The notes under the pieces are model-generated. The model saw only the letters and a program-made list of their open reading frames with translations, made no database searches and was not told where the DNA came from. The translations under genes and the position numbers were made by a program. DNA of 64,000 nucleotides from Akkermansia sp. (GTDB lineage Bacteria; Verrucomicrobiota; Verrucomicrobiia; Verrucomicrobiales; Akkermansiaceae), in the NCBI GenBank assembly GCA_045644745.1, contig JAZRHL010000020.1, positions 2,998 to 66,997 on the forward strand, given 5' to 3'. How positions within the stretch are numbered: position 1 is the first letter of the stretch; the number at the start of each line of letters is the position of its first letter. Below are positions 8,518-17,985 of this stretch, piece after piece.

Positions 8518-9258
8518 TTATCGGAGCATCAGTCGGTCCCTGTCCAGCCCAGTGAGTATTTCCAGCCGGGAAATGAGGTGGCGGATGACGCCTATGAGGG
8601 TGAGCAGCAGGGGAACGCCGATGACCAGGTAGCCCCACCAGGTCATGCGCCCTACTGCGTAATTATACTCGAGCGCCTGCCGGGCTGCGGGCTGGTCGAG
8701 CACGGGCAGCAGGAAGCAGAGGGAAAGAATGAAATTGCCCACGGCTGAGACCACGAGCGAGAGCCCGAGGAAGAGGCTGGAGCGCCAGAGAAGGGCATCG
8801 TAGGCCGTCTGCTGGTTCTTTTCGGTCACCTGCTTTTCGATGGAGGGGATGTCGAAGAGGGAATCGGAATAAAGCAGCACGCGCAGCAGGGAATCCTGAC
8901 GCTTGGCGGTGACCATGACAGCCCCGCAGAGCAACAGGGGGATGGCGGCTTCCTTGGCGGCGTACCACCACGGGGTGTCGGGGCGGATGGCATCGCCGCT
9001 GCCCGTGTTGGCATAGATGGTGACCACGCCTGTGAGGATGGTGCCCAGCAGGCCGAAGAGGGTGAGCGGCTCCACCCGGCGGCTCTGGGCAAAGGTCCAC
9101 ACGCCGAAGCCCAGCGGCAGCGAGAGCGCCACGCACATGGCTGCCGTGGTGCCCAGTTGCCACAGCTCAGGGCCGGAAACTGAACAGTGGTCCAGCACCA
9201 TGACAGGTGCCAGCACGCTCAGCAGGACATTCAGCAGGCTTTGAGTCCCTTTGTCCAT
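8518..9258 (-). CDS. Polytopic inner-membrane protein (possibly VC0807/YciB-like)
   Basis: 246-aa hydrophobic ORF. Its start abuts the rpe stop (TAA ATG), suggesting an operon. The family assignment is only a recollection-level guess. Confidence 0.65.
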   Translation of the reverse strand: MDKGTQSLLNVLLSVLAPVMVLDHCSVSGPELWQLGTTAAMCVALSLPLGFGVWTFAQSRRVEPLTLFGLLGTILTGVVTIYANTGSGDAIRPDTPWWYAAKEAAIPLLLCGAVMVTAKRQDSLLRVLLYSDSLFDIPSIEKQVTEKNQQTAYDALLWRSSLFLGLSLVVSAVGNFILSLCFLLPVLDQPAARQALEYNYAVGRMTWWGYLVIGVPLLLTLIGVIRHLISRLEILTGLDRDRLMLR

Positions 9259-9909
9259 TTACTTCATGGAAGCGATGGCGGCTGCCATATCGGGAGCCTT
9301 GAAGGTGGAGGAACCGGCCACGAGGCAATCGGCGCCGGCCTCAGCGCAGAGCGGAGCCTGGGTGGCACCGATGCCGCCATCCATCTGGATGATGAAGTTG
9401 AGCCCCTGTTCCTTGCGGGCGGCATCCAGCACGCGCACCTTATCCAGCACTTCGCCCATGAAGCTCTGGCCGCCGAAGCCCGGCACCACGCTCATGACCA
9501 GCACCATGTCCAGCTCGCCGAGGTAGGGAAGTACCTTCTCCACGGGGGTGGCCGGGTTCACCGCCAGACCGGCATGAATACCGGCAGCACGGATGGCGGC
9601 CAGGGTGGTATGCAGGTCCACAGCGCCTTCGCGCTCTACATGGATGGTAATCATGTTCATGCCTGCTTTCACGAAGCGGGGCAGGTAGTGGTCCGGGGCG
9701 TCAATCATGAGGTGCGCATCCAGATAGGCCTCTGCCGGCACGGCGGAGCGGATGGCGGCGCAGATATCCGGGCCGAAGGAAATGTTGTCCACAAAGGAAC
9801 CATCCATCACATCCAGGTGCAGCCAGTCGGCGCCGGCTTCAAGGGCGCGGTTGGCTTCTTCACCGATGCGGCGGAAATCACAGGCAAGCATGGAGGGGGC
9901 AATCAGCAT
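9259..9909 (-). CDS. rpe: Ribulose-phosphate 3-epimerase
   Basis: MLIAPSMLACDF...HLDVMDGSFVDNISFG...GGI motifs. Start set at the second ATG (9909) because TTGCCT-17-TAATAT lies 6 nt upstream. The track start is 9915. Confidence 0.93.
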   Translation of the reverse strand: MLIAPSMLACDFRRIGEEANRALEAGADWLHLDVMDGSFVDNISFGPDICAAIRSAVPAEAYLDAHLMIDAPDHYLPRFVKAGMNMITIHVEREGAVDLHTTLAAIRAAGIHAGLAVNPATPVEKVLPYLGELDMVLVMSVVPGFGGQSFMGEVLDKVRVLDAARKEQGLNFIIQMDGGIGATQAPLCAEAGADCLVAGSSTFKAPDMAAAIASMK

Positions 9910-9915
9910 AGCCAT

Positions 9916-9944
9916 ATATTAGAGCCTTGCTGTTGATAAGGCAA
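9916..9944 (-). promoter_or_regulatory. Promoter TTGCCT-17-TAATAT, 6 nt before rpe ATG 9909
   Basis: Reverse complement of 9939..9944 = TTGCCT and of 9916..9921 = TAATAT. Confidence 0.55.
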
Positions 9945-9946
9945 GG

Positions 9947-9975
9947 AAAAACCGCCTGAGATTGCTCTCAGGCGG
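9947..9975 (-). terminator. Intrinsic terminator after the DUF3472-like gene
   Basis: CCGCCTGAGA-ttgc-TCTCAGGCGG 10-bp stem, followed on the minus strand by TTTTT. Confidence 0.7.
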
Positions 9976-10003
9976 TTCCGGTATCTGAAAATATCAGCTG
10001 ACT

Positions 10004-10966
10004 TCAGCTGGCGGGGTATTCCTTAGGCTCCAGCGTACCGCGCTGAATGAGCTGCATGACGTCTGCGCCAGGCTGCTCCACATTCTTCGGCTCCACGGGC
10101 AGGGCCTTGGAGCTGAACACGGGGAAGTCTGCCTCGGGGGCGATATCACCGCCGGAAGCCATGGAGAAGTAGCCACGCTCGGGGTTGAAGCGGCAGTTGA
10201 TTTCCATGTTCGGGTTGCCGTCCTTGGTGAAGCGGTATTCCTTGGCCATGTGCCAATCCTTGCCGTCCCAGCGGAATGCGGGGCCAAAGGTGGCGCGGCG
10301 CTCATACTTCTTGGATTCCACGTCGCGCTTGAAGTCTTCCACGAAACCGCAGCCGCCGCCAAGGCCACGGCTCAGGGCCTGGATGCGCCAGCAGCTCATG
10401 AGAGTCCACTTGTTTTCGGCGGGGTCAAAAATATAACCGGCAATCTGGCGGAAATCGGGGCCGTCCTCGTGCTCCACCACCAGAGTCTTGATGACCTGGC
10501 CTTCCTTCCAGGGGAAGGGGCGCATGGAGTTGCCGCCCGTGCCCTCGCCACCGAAACGGCGGTGGGTCACCTTATCGCCCTTCTGGATGAGTTTGGCGCG
10601 TTCCTCCTCGGGAGCAGCGTGGGGGTTGTCGCCGCTGTCCTTGGCGTCCCAGATGGAGAAGATAGCCACACGCACGGGGTTGCCGTTCTCGTCCTTGTGG
10701 CCGAGTTCCTGCACGCCGATGTAGCCGCAGCCGAAGTTGTTGCAGGCAAAGTAGGTGCCGGGGGCGCCCTTTTCAATCACCGTTTCCTGGTAGGCAGCGG
10801 TGTGCTTGGGAAGGGTGGGGCCGTAGTGAAGATGCACAGAGGTGCACTGGCGCTTGGCCATGTTCTCAGGCGCCCAGTAATCCGAATAGCGGTCGGCCCG
10901 GGCTTCCTGCGTGCAGCATGCGGCAAGTGCCATCAGGCCCGTCATCAGGGTGTAGATGCGTTTCAT
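10004..10966 (-). CDS. Secreted protein, DUF3472/DUF5077-like
   Basis: Signal peptide [18 protein letters not shown]. Body motifs (GCGYIGVQE..., [23 protein letters not shown]) match my recollection of DUF3472 proteins. Confidence 0.6.
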   Translation of the reverse strand: MKRIYTLMTGLMALAACCTQEARADRYSDYWAPENMAKRQCTSVHLHYGPTLPKHTAAYQETVIEKGAPGTYFACNNFGCGYIGVQELGHKDENGNPVRVAIFSIWDAKDSGDNPHAAPEEERAKLIQKGDKVTHRRFGGEGTGGNSMRPFPWKEGQVIKTLVVEHEDGPDFRQIAGYIFDPAENKWTLMSCWRIQALSRGLGGGCGFVEDFKRDVESKKYERRATFGPAFRWDGKDWHMAKEYRFTKDGNPNMEINCRFNPERGYFSMASGGDIAPEADFPVFSSKALPVEPKNVEQPGADVMQLIQRGTLEPKEYPAS

Positions 10967-10974
10967 CGCCTGTC

Positions 10975-11002
10975 ATTATAACTGTTTTTGTGGAATTTAC
11001 AA
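10975..11002 (-). promoter_or_regulatory. Promoter TTGTAA-16-TATAAT, 8 nt before ATG 10966
   Basis: Reverse complement of 10997..11002 and 10975..10980. Confidence 0.6.
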
Positions 11003-11025
11003 GTCTAAAGAATCACGGATTAGCA

Positions 11026-11054
11026 TTGACTCCCCGGGCGTTTCGCGGTAAACT
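11026..11054 (+). promoter_or_regulatory. Promoter TTGACT-17-TAAACT, 10 nt before ahcY ATG 11065
   Basis: Read directly. Divergent from the promoter at 10975..11002. Confidence 0.55.
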
Positions 11055-11064
11055 CGCCGCCGAC

Positions 11065-12473
<1,409 letters not shown>

Positions 12474-12477
<4 letters not shown>

Positions 12478-12519
12478 CGATTGACAATTGACGATTGACA
12501 ATTGACGATTGACAATTGG
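12474..12519 (+). repeat. Tandem heptamer array (TTGACGA TTGACAA) x3 plus TTGG. Left arm of an inverted repeat
   Basis: Read directly. The array starts on the ahcY stop codon (tTGA) and ends 1 nt before the four-helix-bundle ATG. Confidence 0.95.
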
Positions 12520-12520
12520 T

Positions 12521-12907
12521 ATGGATGCGCGGGAATTGCGAGAACGGACACTTGAGTTCGGGCTGCGTATCGTTCGTCTGTGTCAATATCTGCAGGGACA
12601 TCCTGTGGCCGAGGTGCTGGGCAAGCAGTTGCTGCGATGCGGCACCTCGGTCGGGGCTAATTACCGGGCTGCTAGTCTGGCCAAGAGTTCTGCGGATTTC
12701 GTCTCGAAAATCAAGATATGCGAGGAAGAAGCAGATGAATCCATCTATTGGCTGGAGCTGCTGATGCGTTCTGGTGAGGTGGATGCCGCTCGCCTGAAGC
12801 CCCTGCAGGATGAGGCTGCAGAATTGCGCAATATCATGTCCGCTAGTGCTATCACAGCTCGTAAGAACTTAAAACAAGAGAAACATAAATCCACCAATGG
12901 TCAATAG
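12521..12907 (+). CDS. Four-helix-bundle protein (23S rRNA intervening-sequence protein / Avd family, TIGR02436/PF05635-like)
   Basis: MDARELRERTLEFGLRIV...GKQLLRCGTSVGANYRAA...ADFVSKIKICEEEADESIYWLELL matches the family signature (xSxGANIxEA ... ES.YWLxL). The track start 12509 is a TTG inside the repeat. Confidence 0.85.
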   Translation: MDARELRERTLEFGLRIVRLCQYLQGHPVAEVLGKQLLRCGTSVGANYRAASLAKSSADFVSKIKICEEEADESIYWLELLMRSGEVDAARLKPLQDEAAELRNIMSASAITARKNLKQEKHKSTNGQ

Positions 12908-12928
12908 TCAATTGTCATTAGTCAATGC
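12894..12928 (+). repeat. Inverted copy of the heptamer array (GTCAATA GTCAATT GTCATTA GTCAATG). Right arm
   Basis: The reverse complement of 12894..12926 matches 12487..12519 at 29 of 33 positions (aligned by hand). It contains the four-helix-bundle stop (12905..12907) and the folC ATG (12897). Confidence 0.9.
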
Positions 12929-14114
12929 CCTTGATTGGTTATACTCGACGCAGGCTTTCGGCATCAAGCTGGGGCTGGAGGGAGTGACCCGTCTGCTTTC
13001 GGCCTGCGGTGTGCTGTATCCCCGGGCGCAGGTCATTCACGTGGCCGGCACGAATGGCAAGGGCAGCACCTGCGCTTTCTGCGAGAGTGTGGCTCGCGCT
13101 GCCGGGTACAAGACAGGCTTGTTCACGTCGCCGCATCTGGTGGAGTTCAGTGAGCGTATCCGCGTGAACGGGGTGAATATCCCGGATGCGGATGCCGCAC
13201 GCCTGATTGCCAAGGTGCGCGAGCTGGTGCAGAGCTGGGACCCGTGCCCGACTTTCTTTGAACTGGTGCTGGCCGTGGCCATGCTCTGGTTTGCTGAGCA
13301 GGAGGTGGAGCTCATTGTGCTCGAAACCGGCATGGGCGGCCGACTGGATGCCACCAATGCCGTGCCCAAGGACGTGGCTGTGCTTGCCCCCATAGGACTC
13401 GACCACACCCAGTATCTGGGCGAAACGCTTTACGAGGTGGCAGGTGAGAAAGCCGCCATTCTTTCCTGGCACCGCCCGGCGGTGTGTGCTCCGCAGGAGC
13501 CGGAAGCCATGCGGGCTATTCATGAGGCAGCACAGCACATGGATACCTACTGCCGCGTGATTACAACCGAATGCGCCCAGCCGCTGGGGCTGAAGGGCGA
13601 ACACCAGCGCCGCAATGCTGCGCTGGCCCTCGCTGCTCTGCGCGCCCTGCCGCATTTCCTCTGCAGCGCCGAGGAAGAAGCCCGCGGCCTGGCTCAGGTA
13701 AGCTGGCCGGGACGTTTCGAGGAAGTGCAGCCCGGTGTCATCATGGACGGCGCGCATAACCCGCACGCCATGCAGGTGCTTACCCGCACCTGGCGCGAGG
13801 CCTTCGGAGAGCAGAAAGCCCGCTGCATCTATGCCGGCTCGGCAGACAAGGCACTGGATGAGGTGCTGGAGCTGCTTGCCCCCATCGTAGGTGAGTGGGT
13901 GCTGCCCCCGGTGCAGTCTCCCCGTATCCTTCCCCCCGCCGAAATGGCAGCCAAGGTGCAGGCGGTGTCGGCTGCTCCCGTTTCCACTCCCGACACGCTG
14001 GCCGAATGCCTGGCCGATATGCCCGCCGGCACCCTCATCTGCGGTTCTTTCTTCCTCCTCGGCGAGGCTAAGGCTGTTCTTCGGAGCGCTGATTACCGCA
14101 GTACGGTGCAGTGA
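12897..14114 (+). CDS. folC: Bifunctional folylpolyglutamate synthase / dihydrofolate synthase
   Basis: ALDWLYSTQAFGIKLGLEGV..., P-loop HVAGTNGKGST, Mur-ligase fold pattern. The only in-frame start is ATG 12897, inside the repeat. Confidence 0.9.
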   Translation: MVNSQLSLVNALDWLYSTQAFGIKLGLEGVTRLLSACGVLYPRAQVIHVAGTNGKGSTCAFCESVARAAGYKTGLFTSPHLVEFSERIRVNGVNIPDADAARLIAKVRELVQSWDPCPTFFELVLAVAMLWFAEQEVELIVLETGMGGRLDATNAVPKDVAVLAPIGLDHTQYLGETLYEVAGEKAAILSWHRPAVCAPQEPEAMRAIHEAAQHMDTYCRVITTECAQPLGLKGEHQRRNAALALAALRALPHFLCSAEEEARGLAQVSWPGRFEEVQPGVIMDGAHNPHAMQVLTRTWREAFGEQKARCIYAGSADKALDEVLELLAPIVGEWVLPPVQSPRILPPAEMAAKVQAVSAAPVSTPDTLAECLADMPAGTLICGSFFLLGEAKAVLRSADYRSTVQ

Positions 14115-14202
14115 TTTCACTTTTCACATGCGCGCAGCGCATGTTTTCATTTTTCATACGAACGCGCAGCGTGAGTTTTCATGAAAAAAAGCTGCGAGCA
14201 TG
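14115..14202. repeat. Mosaic of TTTTCA(C/T) motifs and short GC hairpins with a palindromic centre TTTTCATGAAAA (14176..14187). The first hairpin plus T-run is the likely folC terminator
   Basis: CATGCGC-gca-GCGCATG (14127..14143) is followed by TTTTCATTTTT. The motif orientation flips at 14176..14187. Confidence 0.75.
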
Positions 14203-14272
14203 AAATGAAAACGCCCGCATTCGCAGGCGTGTGAAAAATGAAGGGTGAAAACGCGCCTTGTGGCGCGTGAGA
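14203..14272. repeat. 70-bp direct repeat, copy 1 (two hairpins, each followed on the minus strand by TTTTCA)
   Basis: AAATGAAAACGCCCGCATTCGCAGGCGTGTGAAAAATGAAGGGTGAAAACGCGCCTTGTGGCGCGTGAGA. It differs from copy 2 at 4 of 70 positions (hand alignment). Confidence 0.9.
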
Positions 14273-14277
14273 AAACA

Positions 14278-14622
14278 TCAAGCATTATCTTTTGCTGTTT
14301 TGATGGAGCGAATCAACATGAATCTGATTCGTCGGCAAGTATTCAGTAGTGTTTCGGCTTTATCCGGCTCCAATGTCTGAGTATTTGCCATCAGTTCAAG
14401 CCAGTATTCGCTTTCATTGCTTTCTTTGAGAGCAATTTGTAATTTGGCGATGAAATCGGCTCGGCTGCTGGCGTATTGTGCTTCGCGGATGTTCGCTCCG
14501 ATACTTGTAGATGACCGGAGTAACTGGTTTTTGAGTACTCCTCGTTTTTCTACCGTATCATGAGTAAGAACAGTCGCTATCGCGAAGTTCATGGATTCCG
14601 TCATTAACTGATTCTCAGACAC
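14278..14622 (-). CDS. Four-helix-bundle protein (23S rRNA IVS protein / Avd family), second diverged copy
   Basis: ...LKNQLLRSSTSIGANIREAQYASSRADFIAKLQIALKESNESEYWLELM, the same signature as 12521..12907. The start is uncertain: GTG 14622 lies 7 nt after TCGACA-17-TACAAT, and ATG 14604 is the alternative. Confidence 0.85.
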   Translation of the reverse strand: MSENQLMTESMNFAIATVLTHDTVEKRGVLKNQLLRSSTSIGANIREAQYASSRADFIAKLQIALKESNESEYWLELMANTQTLEPDKAETLLNTCRRIRFMLIRSIKTAKDNA

Positions 14623-14679
14623 AATCTTGATTGTAACGGATTGAGATGATGATGTCGATGTAAAAATGAGAATAAAAGA

Positions 14680-14749
14680 AAATGAAAACGCCCGCTTTCG
14701 CGGGCGTGTGAAAAATGAAGGATGAAAACGCGCCTTGCGGCGCGTGAGA
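14680..14749. repeat. 70-bp direct repeat, copy 2. Doubles as the rubrerythrin terminator module
   Basis: AAATGAAAACGCCCGCTTTCGCGGGCGTGTGAAAAATGAAGGATGAAAACGCGCCTTGCGGCGCGTGAGA. It ends 2 nt from the rbr stop codon. The period between copies is 477 bp. Confidence 0.9.
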
Positions 14750-14751
14750 CC

Positions 14752-15294
14752 TTAGATCTCGATGTACTTGGCCTTGGGGAAGTTGCAGAGCGGGCAGCGT
14801 TCCGGCTCGGTGCCTTCGGCAAAGGTGTCGCCGCAGAGCGGGCACACGTAGTACTTGGAGGGCAGGTCGAGCTTCTCGCCGGCTTCGAGCTGGGCAAGAG
14901 CCTTGCTGTACAGGTCGGCGTGTTCCTTCTCGGCCTCGTTGGCCCAGGTGAAGCTGCGCACGGCGTCGGAGATTTCCTCCTCCTGAGCCTTGGCAATCAT
15001 GGGGGGATACATCTCGGTGAACTCGTAGGTCTCGCCGGCGATGGCGGCCTTCAGGTTCTCAATAGTGTTGCCCACCTCGATGTGCATCTCGATATCGATG
15101 GGAGCCTGACCCAGTTTCACGAGCACTTTGTTGTGGTTGGTGGCGTGAATGCGCTCGGCGCGGCTGGCGGCGGCAAAGAGCTTTTCGATGAGCGGGTAAC
15201 CCTCCTGGGCTGCGCGGGTGGCGTAGGCAGCGTACTTGGCGCTGGCGGTGCTTTCGCCGATGATGGCGGTCTTGAGATTGTCGATTGTTGTCAT
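14752..15294 (-). CDS. rbr: Rubrerythrin family protein
   Basis: Ferritin-like diiron N-domain (E..H motifs: SRAERIHATNH, ETYEFTEMYP) plus a C-terminal rubredoxin-like CPLCG...CPLC. Confidence 0.9.
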   Translation of the reverse strand: MTTIDNLKTAIIGESTASAKYAAYATRAAQEGYPLIEKLFAAASRAERIHATNHNKVLVKLGQAPIDIEMHIEVGNTIENLKAAIAGETYEFTEMYPPMIAKAQEEEISDAVRSFTWANEAEKEHADLYSKALAQLEAGEKLDLPSKYYVCPLCGDTFAEGTEPERCPLCNFPKAKYIEI

Positions 15295-15300
15295 GGCCGT

Positions 15301-15328
15301 AGTTTATCTTATTTTAGAATAATTACAA
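15301..15328 (-). promoter_or_regulatory. Promoter TTGTAA-16-TAAACT, 6 nt before the rbr ATG. Overlapped by a Per-box-like palindrome TTAGAATAATTACAA (15314..15328)
   Basis: Reverse complements read directly. The palindrome matches the Fur/PerR-type 7-1-7 consensus TTATAATnATTATAA at 12 of 15 positions. Confidence 0.45.
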
Positions 15329-15366
15329 GAAAAATGTGTGAAAAATTGAAAAATAGTTATTTTTTC

Positions 15367-16461
15367 TTACAGTGCTTCAATGATGGCATCGCCCATGCCG
15401 CGGGTGCCAACACGGATTTCGCCTTCGGCGCCGGTGGCGAGGTCGCCGGTGCGGTAGCCGGCAGCGATGACCTTGCGCACAGCGGTGTCAACGGCATCGG
15501 CAGCTGCGGTTTCCTTGCAGGTGTAGCGCAGGAGCATGCCCATGGAAAGAATCTGAGCGATGGGGTTGGCGATGCCCTTGCCGGCGATGTCGGGTGCGGA
15601 GCCGCCGGAGGGTTCGTAGAGGCCGAAGAAGGTGTTGGAACCGTGGCTGAGGGAGGCGCTGGGGAGCATGCCGAGGGAGCCGCAGACGATGGCCATTTCA
15701 TCGGTCAGGATATCGCCGAAGGTGTTTTCGGTGACCATCACGTCGAACTGCTTCGGATTGCGCACCAGCTGCATGGCGGCGTTGTCCACATACATGTGGG
15801 TGAGTTCCACATCGGGGTATTCGGGGGCAATGGCGTTCATCACATCGCGCCACATGACCGAGGAAGCCAGTACATTGGCCTTATCCACGCTGCAGAGCTT
15901 CTTGTTGCGACCGCGGGCGGCCTCGAAAGCCACGCGGGCGATGCGTTCCACCTCGCTCTTCTTGTAGATGAGCGTATCCAGGCCGATAACCTCGCCATCG
16001 CGTTCGCCGTAGAACTTGGGCTCGCCGAAGTACATGCCGCCGGTGAGCCCACGCACACAGAGAATGTCGAAACCGCCGGGGATGAGGGAGTTCTTCACGG
16101 GCGATGCGTCCACCAGCTCGGGCAGGCAGATGCCGGGGCGCAGGTTGGCGAAGAGGGAGAAATGCTTGCGGAGAGGGAGCAGAGCGCCGCGCTCGGGGCG
16201 TTCATCAGGGGGCAGGGAATCCCACTTGGGGCCACCCACGGAACCGAAGAGAATGGCATCTGCCGCTTCGCAGGCAGCCAGAGTCTCTGCGGGCAGAGCC
16301 TTGCCGCAGTTGTCGATACCGGCGCCGCCCACGAAACATTCGGTGCGCTCAGTCTTGAATCCGAACTTTTCTTCCACGGCGTCGAGCACGCGGAGTGCCT
16401 CTGCCATAACCTCCGGGCCGATACCATCGCCCGCCAGGACTGCAATCTTGTAGGTGTTCAT
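15367..16461 (-). CDS. leuB: 3-isopropylmalate dehydrogenase
   Basis: [18 protein letters not shown]..., ...NLRP..., [11 protein letters not shown], and the pattern of the IDH/IMDH family. Confidence 0.95.
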   Translation of the reverse strand: MNTYKIAVLAGDGIGPEVMAEALRVLDAVEEKFGFKTERTECFVGGAGIDNCGKALPAETLAACEAADAILFGSVGGPKWDSLPPDERPERGALLPLRKHFSLFANLRPGICLPELVDASPVKNSLIPGGFDILCVRGLTGGMYFGEPKFYGERDGEVIGLDTLIYKKSEVERIARVAFEAARGRNKKLCSVDKANVLASSVMWRDVMNAIAPEYPDVELTHMYVDNAAMQLVRNPKQFDVMVTENTFGDILTDEMAIVCGSLGMLPSASLSHGSNTFFGLYEPSGGSAPDIAGKGIANPIAQILSMGMLLRYTCKETAAADAVDTAVRKVIAAGYRTGDLATGAEGEIRVGTRGMGDAIIEAL

Positions 16462-16472
16462 GTTCGCGGGCG

Positions 16473-16501
16473 ATGATACACCGCAAGTGCAGCGGTGTCA
16501 A
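16473..16501 (-). promoter_or_regulatory. Promoter TTGACA-17-TATCAT, 11 nt before the leuB ATG
   Basis: Reverse complement of 16496..16501 and 16473..16478. Confidence 0.6.
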
Positions 16502-16524
16502 TTTAGAATCATGTTCACCCCGGA

Positions 16525-16932
16525 TTATTGCTGGAAGCAGCTGCGGGGGAAGTGCAGCGGAGTGGAGATGAACGGTGTTCCGTATTCATCGGTGCCGAAG
16601 AGGCGGAGCTCCATGGCTACGGGTGGGGTATCGAATTCCTGGGTGCCGCTGGTGGAGAATACGGCGCCGGGGGTGAGTACCGGTGTGCTGCCGAATACTT
16701 TGTCGGCCTCAATGATGCGGGTACTGCCGTTGCGTTCGCGAAGAGTCCATTTGCGACCCAGCAGGCGTAGCGGCCTCTGGCTCTGGTTGCTGATAGCCAC
16801 GCGGAAAATGGCGCGGTAGAGCGGGCGGGGATGACGCAGCGCCTGCACTCCGGCCATGACGAGGCGGAGCTCCAAGCCGGGATTGACAGGCAGACTGCGG
16901 TTATCAGTGCTCATAGCCTGCCCCCACGGCAA
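16525..16932 (-). CDS. apaG: ApaG-domain (DUF525) protein
   Basis: RPLRLLGRKWTLRERNGSTRIIEADKVFGSTPVLTPGAVFSTSGTQEFDTPPVAMEL...GTPFISTPLHF parallels the E. coli ApaG core. The start could be ATG 16914. It overlaps the upstream gene's end. Confidence 0.7.
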   Translation of the reverse strand: MPWGQAMSTDNRSLPVNPGLELRLVMAGVQALRHPRPLYRAIFRVAISNQSQRPLRLLGRKWTLRERNGSTRIIEADKVFGSTPVLTPGAVFSTSGTQEFDTPPVAMELRLFGTDEYGTPFISTPLHFPRSCFQQ

Positions 16933-17836
16933 TGGTGGAGATGCTGCCGGAGATTTCGCGGATGGCGCGTGTTTTCTCCAGACTAGGTTGCTCGCCCGGA
17001 ACCAGTGTCATGGTTTCAGCCAGTTTGTTAAGCAGGCTGCTCATCTGTTCAATTTTCAGGCGCTTGACGGTACGCGGATGCAGCCCTGCCAGGATTTCGT
17101 TGAAATAGGTGGGGGCATCGGGGTAGAAGATGACTGCTGCCTGCCCGGCATCGAATCGCTGCTCAATGGCTGCGGCAGAGGCTTCGAGCGCGCGCAGCCA
17201 GCCACCCAGGGCAAGCAGGTGGGCCAGGTCCGGGTCGCGCAGTGCGGTCAGCTCTTCGTTCACCGCGTTCTGGGTAGAGGCGAGGATGCGCTTGAACTCT
17301 TCCAGCTGTCCCTTTTCTGCATGCTCGAGCAGGCTGGCTGAGTATGTGTTCATCTTGTCTCCCACGCCGATTGCCTTGCCATAGCGGGAGAGATCCAGAG
17401 CAATGGGCTTGATGTCGTTCATGTGGCCGCTGCGCACAGCAATGAAACCATCTGCCATGAGGTAGCCCATGGAAAGGGCAAGTTTTCCGGCATCCAGCGG
17501 CAGGTTTTCACTGCGCTTGCGGAGCACGTAATCCTCAGGAATAGCCGGCAGGTGGTCAAGCTGGGCAAAAATCTTGCTGATGGAGGGGGCTGTGTAAACG
17601 TTGATGCCCAGTTCCTGGTTGGAGTGAGAGTCATCGAGCATGGAGTCATCGCGGAACATGGCCGGTACTTCGCCGGGCTGGCGCTCGGAGTCTTCCCCGG
17701 CTGCAAAGTCAGGCATGCCGTCGGTGGCGGTATCTACGGCTTCCTCGTATATTTCGACTTCATCCTGAGCGTAGAGCAGGGGGGCGCTCAGGAGGGATGC
17801 GGCAAGAAGAAGGCGGCAGACTCGGGGTGTCTTCAT
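16904..17836 (-). CDS. Secreted hypothetical protein
   Basis: 310-aa ORF with signal peptide MKTPRVCRLLLAASLLSAPLLYA, an acidic linker, then a helical domain. No family recognised. Confidence 0.65.
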   Translation of the reverse strand: MKTPRVCRLLLAASLLSAPLLYAQDEVEIYEEAVDTATDGMPDFAAGEDSERQPGEVPAMFRDDSMLDDSHSNQELGINVYTAPSISKIFAQLDHLPAIPEDYVLRKRSENLPLDAGKLALSMGYLMADGFIAVRSGHMNDIKPIALDLSRYGKAIGVGDKMNTYSASLLEHAEKGQLEEFKRILASTQNAVNEELTALRDPDLAHLLALGGWLRALEASAAAIEQRFDAGQAAVIFYPDAPTYFNEILAGLHPRTVKRLKIEQMSSLLNKLAETMTLVPGEQPSLEKTRAIREISGSISTIAVGAGYEH

Positions 17837-17985
17837 ATACTCTCTGTGTTTAATTTAGTCTTGACTCAACCCCCAGTTTACATTACTATCGCCGCGCGTC
17901 AAGTATGCGCTGGAATGCTGACGCAGAAATGGCCTGCTCTGCAGCAGCCGGGTATCACTGTATTACGAGTATCACTTTAGAACTT

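Noticed and set aside
8482-8748. ORF 8482..8748+ (MKKKTPHLRRFSLSE...).
   Set aside because: It starts inside the bidirectional terminator hairpin and is antisense to a clear membrane-protein gene.
10967-11064. Possible SAH riboswitch upstream of ahcY.
   Set aside because: The 98-nt divergent intergenic region is filled by two back-to-back promoters. The ahcY -10 ends 10 nt before the ATG, leaving no room for an aptamer.
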